Assembly (NCBI GenBank): GCA_023475345.1
Contig: JAMCWD010000070.1
Coordinates: 360 to 64,359 of the forward strand
DNA: 64,000 bases
Origin: Chloroflexota bacterium
GTDB taxonomy: Bacteria > Vulcanimicrobiota > JAMCWD01
Direction of reading: 5' to 3'
This document shows, piece by piece, positions 1 to 7,962 of the stretch. Positions within the stretch are counted from its first letter, which is position 1. Each line of letters starts with the position of its first letter. A model generated the notes under the pieces. That model worked only from the letters and a program-made list of their open reading frames with translations, did no database searches and had not been told where the DNA came from. The translations under genes and the position numbers were made by a program.

Positions 1-59
1 AGATCGAGCGCTCCTCTGGTTTCTGCAGGCAACCCCTCCTCTCGATCTCCTGTTACTGA

Positions 60-247
60 AAAAAACTGAAACATCCGGGGCGTGGACGTCGGGGTTTTTG
101 CAGTTTATCGATTCGGATTTTAAATCACACTACAAACCCGCTACCACCGGGCCGAAGCCCTTATGGTCATCCGTCCTTCAACACTCACTGCCTCCGGCTC
201 CTCGGAACACTCCCCCATTTAGCGGGAGTATCAATCCAGTCCGGGAT
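60..247 (-). ncRNA. candidate structured non-coding transcript directly downstream of cas2 (possible tracrRNA or CRISPR-leader transcript)
   Basis: There is no credible ORF here, and the segment lies just 3' of a sigma70-like promoter on the cas strand. The minus-strand RNA can pair 220-226 with 137-143. That stem encloses a GGGC-UUCG-GCCC hairpin (149-160), extended by 143-146 pairing with 164-167. A U7 run corresponds to 59-65. Confidence 0.3.
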
Positions 248-253
248 ATAAAA

Positions 254-283
254 ATTATACCAGACCTTGACTTGTTATTGCAA
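254..283 (-). promoter_or_regulatory. sigma70-like promoter TTGCAA-N18-TATAAT firing away from cas2 toward the window edge
   Basis: On the minus strand the -35 TTGCAA is at 283-278 and the perfect -10 TATAAT is at 259-254, with an 18-nt spacer. It begins 19 nt after the cas2 stop. Confidence 0.4.
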
Positions 284-301
284 CGGGTGTTTAATTCGTT
301 T

Positions 302-589
302 TTAAATAATTATCGTATTGTCTTTTTTCAGATTAAGCGGAGTTCCTATTGCTGTAATTTTCTCCGAACAATCGGCGCATAATTTTATAAATATAACCTG
401 GTCTTCTTCATCTTCAATTATCTCTTCAATTCTTTCTTTCAGGATTATCATTTTCTGCCGGGTAATCCTGCCGAAAAAAACAGACAGTTGAATATGCCGA
501 GCAAATCCCAGCAAAGTTTTGAAAACGCGGTTAAGTCGTTTGGGATCTTTTATATCATAAGTAATAAAATATGATTCAGCCTCAGCCAT
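302..589 (-). CDS. cas2: CRISPR-associated endoribonuclease Cas2
   Basis: The ORF is 95 aa, a typical Cas2 size. The N-terminus YFITYDIKDPKRLNRVFKTLLGFARHIQLSVFFG matches the Cas2 beta1-alpha1-beta2 pattern with the conserved Asp. It starts 3 nt after the cas4-cas1 stop. Confidence 0.85.
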   Translation of the reverse strand: MAEAESYFITYDIKDPKRLNRVFKTLLGFARHIQLSVFFGRITRQKMIILKERIEEIIEDEEDQVIFIKLCADCSEKITAIGTPLNLKKDNTIII

Positions 590-592
590 AAT

Positions 593-2290
593 TCACCTTA
601 CAACAAATCCTTTATACTCAGGCAGATCTCCTCTCAAATATGCCGCTAAAAAACGGCTTTGGACTTCAAACATTCTGGAATATGACATCTGATAGCCGAA
701 TATATGATGAGTAATCATCGTGTTTTTCCTGTTTTCATAAGCCGAGAAAAAATTTTTCCTCCCCCGGGAATTCAAAACGCATGAATCTTTCCAGATAATA
801 AAATCATTTATATCTATCATCCTGTTATTTATCATGGTCAGAACCACCGAATCAACAACGATCGACCTGAATTCTTCCATCAGGTCAAGGGCGAGAGAGG
901 GGCGGCCATTCTTGATGCCGTGATAGAATCCCATATATGGATCAAGTCCAACAGTCATCAATGCCGAGAAAAAATCCCTGCACAGCATTGTATATCCGAG
1001 CGACAGCATGGCATTTACGGGGTCTCTCGGCGGACGGCGGTTTCTCCCGTTCCAATGAAATTCTCCTCCCGGAACCTGGTTTTTGAAAAGAATCCCATAA
1101 TTGGAAAAATAAGTTCTTGCTGCATTGCCTTCAATGCCGAGAATAGTTTCAAGAGATCCTGCATCTTCCAGAGATTTTAAGGCATCTGCCAGGACTTTTA
1201 CAGCAAGGTTTTCGCCAGGCTCCGGCATAGACCGAAACCCTCTCATGAGGAATGTCCTGGAATTCTGAACTTTAGCATTTATAACTTCTTTTGCAAGTTT
1301 CAAGCGTATTTCGGGATTTTGAAAATAATTGAATTGCTGAAAACGAAGGGTGATATTTTTTTGAGGAGCAGGCATCAGAACAGCCTGGAACTTGCCGTGA
1401 GAGGAAAGAAAAGTCAAATTAATTCCCATATTTATAAGAGTATTCTGGGCCTGAGTAGTTATATTGACATTGCCGAATAAAACAACCTCTCTTACCGTCT
1501 GTAACGGAATTCTTTCTTTTTCGCCGTCCTTCTTGAAAATTTCAAGGTATTCCCCCTTTTTTATAATTGATGCGCCCTGATCCTGGACATAAAGAATTCC
1601 GCTGTCATAAGACTGCGGAATAACTCGATCGATCTTTTTTTCTTCGTCATAGTTACCTGTCTGTAATACGCGGATTTCTTCGGGCTGGCAAATAGCTACA
1701 AGAGAACAGGGCGGGCAGCGGTTTGACAATTCGGGATCAAGAGGAGGCGGGATCTTTCCGCTCATAACAAGCGCTTTTGCCTGTTCAATGTATTCTTTTG
1801 TTTTCCCGCGCAATTCCCGGTTAATTGATATCGACACCCTCTGATTTGAGCCGTAAAAATAAAGATAACCACACTCTATTTTTTTCTCGTATTTTTCTTC
1901 CAGCATAAGAGCCTGGGCGCATAATTGGACTGCGTCATTGTCCCAGATAATCGGCTCTCCGTCCGAATTGAGCTTGAGTTTTGACCGCTTATATTCTACC
2001 GGGTATATATCTCCGTTTTTTTCTTCGAGGAGATCCAGCCGTCCTGTTATGCTATATTCTTCTGAAGAAATCGTAACACTCCGGGTATGAATTGTATCGC
2101 GTTCTTTTCTCTGTTTCCCCGCTAATTCAGGAGCGTCGAGTCTTTTATGCTTACTCCTGCCGTCCTCTACAAATTCATTATATTCCATTACCCCCTCGAT
2201 GTGTTCAAAATAAAACCGCCTGGGACAATATATGAAGGCATTCAGCATTGAAAGGGGGATGGGATCGCTTGCGAATGAATCCATCTTCAA
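593..2290 (-). CDS. cas4-cas1: Cas4-Cas1 fusion protein (RecB-like Fe-S nuclease domain plus Cas1 integrase domain)
   Basis: The N-terminal half has Cas4 features: Cys22 in FIYCPRRFYFEH, DLLEEK...PVEYKRSK (D-E-K), and the C-terminal cysteine cluster CPPCSLVAIC. The C-terminal half has Cas1 motifs: GIEGNAARTYF, NAMLSLGYTML and GFYHG...SLALDLMEEFR. Its start overlaps the effector stop (2287-2290). Confidence 0.9.
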   Translation of the reverse strand: MKMDSFASDPIPLSMLNAFIYCPRRFYFEHIEGVMEYNEFVEDGRSKHKRLDAPELAGKQRKERDTIHTRSVTISSEEYSITGRLDLLEEKNGDIYPVEYKRSKLKLNSDGEPIIWDNDAVQLCAQALMLEEKYEKKIECGYLYFYGSNQRVSISINRELRGKTKEYIEQAKALVMSGKIPPPLDPELSNRCPPCSLVAICQPEEIRVLQTGNYDEEKKIDRVIPQSYDSGILYVQDQGASIIKKGEYLEIFKKDGEKERIPLQTVREVVLFGNVNITTQAQNTLINMGINLTFLSSHGKFQAVLMPAPQKNITLRFQQFNYFQNPEIRLKLAKEVINAKVQNSRTFLMRGFRSMPEPGENLAVKVLADALKSLEDAGSLETILGIEGNAARTYFSNYGILFKNQVPGGEFHWNGRNRRPPRDPVNAMLSLGYTMLCRDFFSALMTVGLDPYMGFYHGIKNGRPSLALDLMEEFRSIVVDSVVLTMINNRMIDINDFIIWKDSCVLNSRGRKNFFSAYENRKNTMITHHIFGYQMSYSRMFEVQSRFLAAYLRGDLPEYKGFVVR

Positions 2291-4422
2291 CGTTTCTTCA
2301 TAAAATTTGGTGACATAAGGCTGTCTAATTCGTCAGGCTGAAGAACGATTTCATCCTCTAGTTGATTCGGGATCAGATTCTCCAGGCGATTGCGGATTCG
2401 TTCTTCAATATCGCTAAACTTTACTTCGTTATTCCTGTGTCTGTAAATGCCTTTACCTATTTTTTCCGGGCGGACAAAATTGCCGTTAAATATTTTATGC
2501 AGGTTAATCGAAGCGTTGTAATCGGCATTTACCTCAAGGAGGCAGTTTTCTTCCGGGCATGCGAAGAGCTTCCCGACGGTCTCAAACCTTTTCTCAACCT
2601 GCCCGGTTTTTTTATCTTTACAAACAGAATATCTTCTTCCAAGAGAGCCGCAGCGTGAGCATACCCATGAAGAATGGTGAGGGCTTACCGTAAAAACTTT
2701 TATTCCCGCTTCCTTTCCCAGCATCTTTACCCATTCGGTAAGGTTTCTTCTGTTCCACTCCATCAAAGCCCGGTTTATTCCCTTTTGCTTTTCGGCATCG
2801 GGTATCAAGCCTGCCATCCGTTCAAGAATAATAACATCGGCATTGTGCTTAACTGCAAAGTTTACTATTTCTCTTGCGCCTTTTTTGAACCTGTCTTCTC
2901 CCATGTCTGTAATATGATCCTGAAGAGAAATAAACGATCGTTCTCCCTTTGCGGCTTGTCCTCTTTCAGAGCGGAGTTTGCCGATTTCTTTCTTGTGTTT
3001 TTTTATGTGTCGCAGTCCGACTTCATCAAGGCTGATGAAATTTACAGCAACGGGCTTGTCAGGTAGTTTTCCGTTATGCATTTGCATAATTGTAGCAACC
3101 CCCAGGTTGCGTATCCCAAGATCAACGGCACAAGTTATAAGATCAGATGGAAACTTATATTTCCCTTTTTGGGTTTTTTCATCCGATTCCACCCATTTAA
3201 TTTCTTTAGCCCTCGGAGTCAGTTCTTTGTTCTTAATATTGCATGTGAAAACAAGGTATGGAGTCCCGGTCGGCTTTGCCGGACGAAAGATCAATTTTAC
3301 TCCCTTAATATCTACTTCACGATCTATTTGAAGATTCTTATCGAAAAATGAATAGAAAGTTTTCTCTTTTTCGGTTTTTTTATGCGTGGTATGGATTCTT
3401 CTGAATTTCTTCAGCCCTTTTAATCTTTTATCCGGTTTAAAGCGAAATACAGTATAACCTTTAGGGCTCCTTTCTTCTTCTTTATCCGATGTAATGACCT
3501 TGAGTTGAATTTCGCACTTGTCGGTATCAAGGTTTTTATATGTGCTGTCTTTCTTGAAAGAAAACCATGCGGGATGCTTCTCAGGGGATGGCAGAGTGAA
3601 TGTCGGGCGGTGGCGAAAACCATCGGGATTTTTTCTTATTGCTCTTCTTCTGACAAATTCTATTTCATACTTAGAATGAACCCTGTCAAGGGCTTCCAGT
3701 TCCGGGTTGGCCTTGAAAAATTCTTCCCCCTCCATTTTCATCTTTTTACTTCTATATGCCCTTTTGATTCTTTGCTGACCCTCTGCAGGAATTGGGTTTA
3801 CGACCGCCTCTTCTCCTCTCCATGCCGCAAGTTCAGGATGCGATTTTAAGAAATCCAGATATTTGTGCCAGCGCATTCTTCTTTTTGTAAAACCTGTCCC
3901 GACTTCTTTTTCAAATTCTTCGAGTATCGGACGTGCTCTCATGTAGTTCGGGTTGCTCTCTTCAAATTTAAGTTTTTCTTTGGCCCACTCTTCATGTTCT
4001 TTTTCCCATAGTTTCTTTAGTTCTTCATGCCCGCTGATCAACTGAAAAGACATTTCAAAAAGTTTTCTTCTGAATTCGCTGGAAAAGCCGGGCAATTCCT
4101 CAAAACGGTCAAAAAGAATTTTCTTCTTTTTTGTCAATTTTTTTGCAAGTTTCGCCCAATCTTCATCTTTACCCGATTTAAATTTTAATGAAGTAACCGC
4201 TTCCATTTTAGCTATTGAATTTTGACTGCCGCCGATAGATTCAAAAATAATTTTATAAGCCTGCCCGCTCTCCTTATCATCTCCGGCTTCTCCCCTTTTC
4301 ATCTTAAACATCTGCTGAATTACAAAAGGAAGATTCTTATTGAAAATTTTATGAGTTCTCCAGAGATGAGCCTTTTCTTCATTGGTACAAATAACTTTGG
4401 CTTCCCATGCCTTGGTGGCCAT
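2287..4422 (-). CDS. cas12: compact type V CRISPR effector (Cas12-like, RuvC plus zinc ribbon), 711 aa, subtype unassigned
   Basis: The split RuvC triad is D434 in CAVDLGIRN (codon 3121-3123), E534 in VIILERM (2821-2823) and D634 in EVNADYNASINL (2521-2523). A zinc ribbon (C588-x2-C591, C622-x4-C627) lies between RuvC-II and RuvC-III. RPTFTLPSPEKHPAWFSF resembles the Cas12b motif ATFTLPDATAHPIWTRF as I recall it. The gene is operonic with cas4-cas1 and cas2. Confidence 0.8.
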   Translation of the reverse strand: MATKAWEAKVICTNEEKAHLWRTHKIFNKNLPFVIQQMFKMKRGEAGDDKESGQAYKIIFESIGGSQNSIAKMEAVTSLKFKSGKDEDWAKLAKKLTKKKKILFDRFEELPGFSSEFRRKLFEMSFQLISGHEELKKLWEKEHEEWAKEKLKFEESNPNYMRARPILEEFEKEVGTGFTKRRMRWHKYLDFLKSHPELAAWRGEEAVVNPIPAEGQQRIKRAYRSKKMKMEGEEFFKANPELEALDRVHSKYEIEFVRRRAIRKNPDGFRHRPTFTLPSPEKHPAWFSFKKDSTYKNLDTDKCEIQLKVITSDKEEERSPKGYTVFRFKPDKRLKGLKKFRRIHTTHKKTEKEKTFYSFFDKNLQIDREVDIKGVKLIFRPAKPTGTPYLVFTCNIKNKELTPRAKEIKWVESDEKTQKGKYKFPSDLITCAVDLGIRNLGVATIMQMHNGKLPDKPVAVNFISLDEVGLRHIKKHKKEIGKLRSERGQAAKGERSFISLQDHITDMGEDRFKKGAREIVNFAVKHNADVIILERMAGLIPDAEKQKGINRALMEWNRRNLTEWVKMLGKEAGIKVFTVSPHHSSWVCSRCGSLGRRYSVCKDKKTGQVEKRFETVGKLFACPEENCLLEVNADYNASINLHKIFNGNFVRPEKIGKGIYRHRNNEVKFSDIEERIRNRLENLIPNQLEDEIVLQPDELDSLMSPNFMKKR

Positions 4423-4642
4423 AACTATCCCCCCCCATTGACTGGACTTAATATCCTGAAATAATATATTTATTAATCAAGAAAGCTTTTATTTCCTGCC
4501 TGAAAAATTTATTAGAATCAAAAACTACGATAATAAACATCCGCTAGGATCGGGGTACAGCTTATAATACAGGATGAAGTTTCGATGAAATTCTGGTATC
4601 ATATCAATTGAGATTCAGTAATAAGCGCGGGGGTGTTTTTTT

Positions 4643-5356
4643 ATGCGGTACGAAGATGTAATCAAAAAACTCAGGCAGATGGCTGATCCCGAAGTGATAA
4701 GCGGGATGGCCAGGTTCGGCATAACCGCTAAAGAGGTCATGGGCGTAAAGATCCCCGATCTTCGGAAACTGGCAAAAGAAATCGGCAGAGATCACGAGCT
4801 TGCCCTGAAGTTGTGGGGGAAGGAAATCCGCGAGACAAGGATCATTGCGGCGATGATCGACGACCCGGCGCTCGTTACCGAAAAGCAGATAGAAAGCTGG
4901 GTCCGCGATTTTGACAGCTGGGAAGCCTGCGACCAGTGCTGCAGCAACCTTTTTGAAAAGACCCCTTTCGCATACGATAAATGTTTCCAGTGGAGCCAAC
5001 GGGAAGAAGAATTCGTTAAAAGGGCCGGGTTTGTATTGATGGCCCGCCTTGCGGTGAGCGATAAAAAAGCAGGAGATGAAAAGTTCGAGAGCTTTTTCCC
5101 GATTATTCTTAGGGGGGCGGCGGATGAGAGGAACTTTGTCAGGAAGGCCGTCAACTGGGCGCTCAGGCAGATCGGTAAGAGAAACCTTGCACTGAATGAG
5201 AAGGCCGTAAGAATCGGGGAAAAGATGCGGGAGATGGATTCTTCCAGCGCGAGGTGGATTGCATCCGACGCCCTGCGGGAGTTAAAGAGCCAGGCTGTCC
5301 TGGATAGGCTGAAGATGAAAGCCCGAAGCCGCCCGGCAAAGAAAACGGCAAATTAA
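4643..5356 (+). CDS. DNA alkylation repair protein (AlkD-like HEAT-repeat family)
   Basis: The ORF is 237 aa. Its length and helical-repeat pattern (VRKAVNWALRQIGKRN, FVKRAGFVLMA) are typical of the DNA_alkylation family. Confidence 0.6.
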   Translation: MRYEDVIKKLRQMADPEVISGMARFGITAKEVMGVKIPDLRKLAKEIGRDHELALKLWGKEIRETRIIAAMIDDPALVTEKQIESWVRDFDSWEACDQCCSNLFEKTPFAYDKCFQWSQREEEFVKRAGFVLMARLAVSDKKAGDEKFESFFPIILRGAADERNFVRKAVNWALRQIGKRNLALNEKAVRIGEKMREMDSSSARWIASDALRELKSQAVLDRLKMKARSRPAKKTAN

Positions 5357-5417
5357 AGAAGGGGGGTCATAGAAAGAATATCCATTGTGTCAAAAAAATG
5401 AACCCATCCTCTTTTTC

Positions 5418-5816
5418 TCAATTTTCACGCTCGACCGGATGGCTGTCCCCGCTTTTCGTCCTTTTTCTTACTTTTGCAATCCATCCCGTTATTGACTTAA
5501 TCGCCGAGCCAATAACTCCGCCTAAAAATCCTAAGATTAGGCAAGCAATAATTTGTTCTAAAACTATATTATAATAGGGGCCATGTACTACAAAAAAATA
5601 TATCACGGGGGTGATGGTAATCGTTAATGGTATCCCCCAGAGGCTACCCCACTTCTCTGCTTTAAAACCCAGCCAGATCGAAGTGAAAAATATAGAGAGC
5701 AAAAACCCAAAAATCGGGTCCTCATAGTGTCCATTAGGTATTATATTATTGCATTGGTATAAAAGACTGAATATTAGCGCCATTATAACAGCGGCTATAA
5801 AAGTTCTCCACCTCAA
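5418..5816 (-). CDS. small integral membrane protein, function unknown
   Basis: The ORF is 132 aa with about four hydrophobic helices and a basic C-terminal tail. Confidence 0.4.
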   Translation of the reverse strand: MRWRTFIAAVIMALIFSLLYQCNNIIPNGHYEDPIFGFLLSIFFTSIWLGFKAEKWGSLWGIPLTITITPVIYFFVVHGPYYNIVLEQIIACLILGFLGGVIGSAIKSITGWIAKVRKRTKSGDSHPVEREN

Positions 5817-5912
5817 TACACAATCACCCCATTTCCTTCTAATATCGAATATTCCATTTTCTGTCCTTTTAATGTCACACCTTGATCTTCCCCCGAAAAA
5901 GTGGACACGGAG

Positions 5913-6093
5913 TTAAGCTGCCTTCCCGAATTTCTCAAAGTCTTCAGGGCTTCTATAACCCGGCTAAGAACGCCTCCTTCCGATTATAAGATACTTCGTT
6001 GTACTCGAAGATTTCACTTCCTGCCTCAGACCCTGTCCTGAACTTTTCACAATACGCCGGTTCAGGCTTAGGCGTATGAAAAATTCCTTTCCT
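5913..6093 (-). pseudogene. C-terminal remnant of an IS3-family transposase (OrfB), frameshifted
   Basis: Minus-strand translation gives GIFHTPKPEPAYCEKFRTGSEAGSEIFEYNEVSYNRKEAFLAG. After a one-base shift near 5955-5960 it continues GYRSPEDFEKFGKAA-stop. This matches the conserved IS3 end (F.TR.EA...IFEYIE.FYNR.R.HS.LGY.SP..FE). No upstream catalytic part is present. Confidence 0.55.
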
Positions 6094-6340
6094 TTAATAC
6101 CGGCTCCGCGGTTATTCAGATCCTGAAACCCGGGCGGTTTTGTCGAACTCATATCATCTTGTCATTCGGATCGATTTGTTGTATTTTATTGTATAAGGGG
6201 AATATAAGCGCTTCTGATAAATCGATTATTCAACAACAAGTAAGAAGCCGAAGTTTTTTTTGAAGGGGGGATTAAATTTCAAAAATTAAAATCTGAGGTT
6301 ATAGCCGCTCAATTCCAGGCAACTAAAGGGGGGAGAAAAA

Positions 6341-7354
6341 ATGTCTCAAGAGGTTAGCTATTCTCAAGAGGTTATTAAAAAGAAAATCCTGATCATTGCA
6401 AATAAATCCTGGGAAGCCGACCCGCTCATCAATGTTCTTCTCAATGACAAGGCGTGTCCCGAAGGTTTCGGACAATTCAAAATCAAAAATCACCCGTTTC
6501 CCGAAGAGCGAAAGCGTAAAGATTACCCCTACTCGATACCGGCATCGAGAATAAAATTCGAATACAACACCCTCATAGTCAAAGACAATGACATAAAGAA
6601 AATAACGGCGGAGGTTGTTGTCTGTTGTATTCAGGATCTCATGAACCCCGCGCTCAGCTATTCGAATACAAGGGAAAAAATTCGGATACTGCCGAAGATA
6701 ATTGAAGAAGTCGAAAACCCTGATTATATTATCGCATTCGGCACGGCGGGTTTCCCCGACCTGACAAATTACGATGCTTGTACGGTTATAGGGACGCAGG
6801 CTTTCATCCACAACCCCTATGCCGACAACAGAGAATATAAGAGTGAAAGCGATTGGCCTCACGATTGGGACGATTATCTCGACACACTGCTGGAGTCGTC
6901 TCTGACCGGTTATCCGGGCGGTTTTTTTAGAAAAATTTCTTCAGAAGTTCATTATCACGCAGAGGGGCGGATGCTCCGTTCCCCGTTAAACCCGGCCCGG
7001 CCGCCGGTAATCATCCACGGGGCCAGGTATGTCGCCCTGGGAATCGTCAATGTAATCGATTATGACCATTATGTCTGGGCTGATCAACAGGCTATCGATA
7101 TCATGAAAAGCAAATACAAAAATGAACCCATAGGGTCGGTGGAAACGACACACGGCGTTATCCGCCTTGTGGCAGAAGAATCATATGGAACGAAGCCTCC
7201 GTTTCTTTTTGTTTCAGGGATAACTGACAGGGTCAAATATTTTGACATGGAACTGGTTCCGAGATCCTACGGCCAGAATTTCGTTGCCTCACACAATGCC
7301 GGAGTATCTCTTGCATGGCTTATCCCGGAGTTGGCGAAAGTCGGCGTTATATAA
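6341..7354 (+). CDS. nucleoside phosphorylase-like protein (PNP_UDP_1 / MTAN fold), divergent
   Basis: KILIIANKSWEADPL, IIAFGTAGFP, GSVETTHGV and FVSGITDRV line up with the strand, GTAG, ME(T/G)AA and R-x-ISD motifs of phosphorylase family 1. Confidence 0.4.
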   Translation: MSQEVSYSQEVIKKKILIIANKSWEADPLINVLLNDKACPEGFGQFKIKNHPFPEERKRKDYPYSIPASRIKFEYNTLIVKDNDIKKITAEVVVCCIQDLMNPALSYSNTREKIRILPKIIEEVENPDYIIAFGTAGFPDLTNYDACTVIGTQAFIHNPYADNREYKSESDWPHDWDDYLDTLLESSLTGYPGGFFRKISSEVHYHAEGRMLRSPLNPARPPVIIHGARYVALGIVNVIDYDHYVWADQQAIDIMKSKYKNEPIGSVETTHGVIRLVAEESYGTKPPFLFVSGITDRVKYFDMELVPRSYGQNFVASHNAGVSLAWLIPELAKVGVI

Positions 7355-7392
7355 CTTAAGCTGTTTAAATAAACAGGCCGGAAATAAAAAAG

Positions 7393-7465
7393 CTGGCGGG
7401 GTAGGAGTCGAACCTACAATTACCTGATCCAGAGTCAGGAGCCTTACCAATTTGGCCACCCGCCA
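7393..7465 (-). tRNA. tRNA-Gln (anticodon CTG)
   Basis: The reverse complement folds as a cloverleaf: acceptor TGGCGGG/CCCGCCA (U1-A72), anticodon arm CCTGA-CTCTGGA-TCAGG, T arm GTAGG-TTCGACT-CCTAC, and discriminator G. CCA is not encoded. Confidence 0.9.
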
Positions 7466-7962
7466 ACAATACTTTGAAAATTGTCAAAGGCATTATACCA
7501 CAGGTATCGGGAATCGTTCAATAGAAAATTCAAAATTCCTTCCCCGGGCTGTGCTGATGCTTATCCGGGTTCCTATGTAAATATTTTTTACCTGTAATAT
7601 CGCTTTGCTTTTTTGGATAATGCAGTTACCAGAGAAGGATTAATATTATTTTATAGAAATATTCATAAAGCGGGTTTGAGGGAAAAGTTATTATTATGAA
7701 CTCAAAAAACAAATTCCCCGGTTGTATCCAGATCGGAAGAAGCCTGTATTTGTTAAGGAGGAGGCACAGTTAACAGGGGACGGGCTCTCGTAACGCCGGC
7801 TTATGGGAATCCTGTAAGATCCGCTGCGTGTCCTTAAAGACGATGTGATTGACGCCTGCCCCCGTCAGGATTCTCATCCGCTCTTCATTAAATAGCCGGC
7901 GGCATGGGGGATCTTTGACAGAGAGACCGGCATCCCTGATGTGAGGAGATAAGTGGAGTAAT

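Noticed and set aside
1-48. An 8-bp inverted repeat, AGATCGAG...CTCGATCT, lies at the very start of the window.
   Set aside because: The stem is short and the loop is 32 nt. It sits at the window edge, so the context is missing, and that is not enough to call a feature.
69-77. A 9-nt identity (AAACATCCG), plus a nearby TCGGGGT, is shared between the region downstream of cas2 (69-99) and the region upstream of the effector gene (4538-4560). This could hint at a repeat/anti-repeat pair.
   Set aside because: The match is short and needs gaps to extend. A 9-mer match between two regions of a few hundred nt has an appreciable chance expectation. Without a real repeat sequence it cannot be interpreted.
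98-382. The ORF track lists a 94-aa plus-strand ORF overlapping the 3' end of cas2.
   Set aside because: It is antisense to cas2 over its 3' part, has a Pro/Ser-rich low-complexity translation and has no RBS. The region is better explained as a non-coding structured segment.
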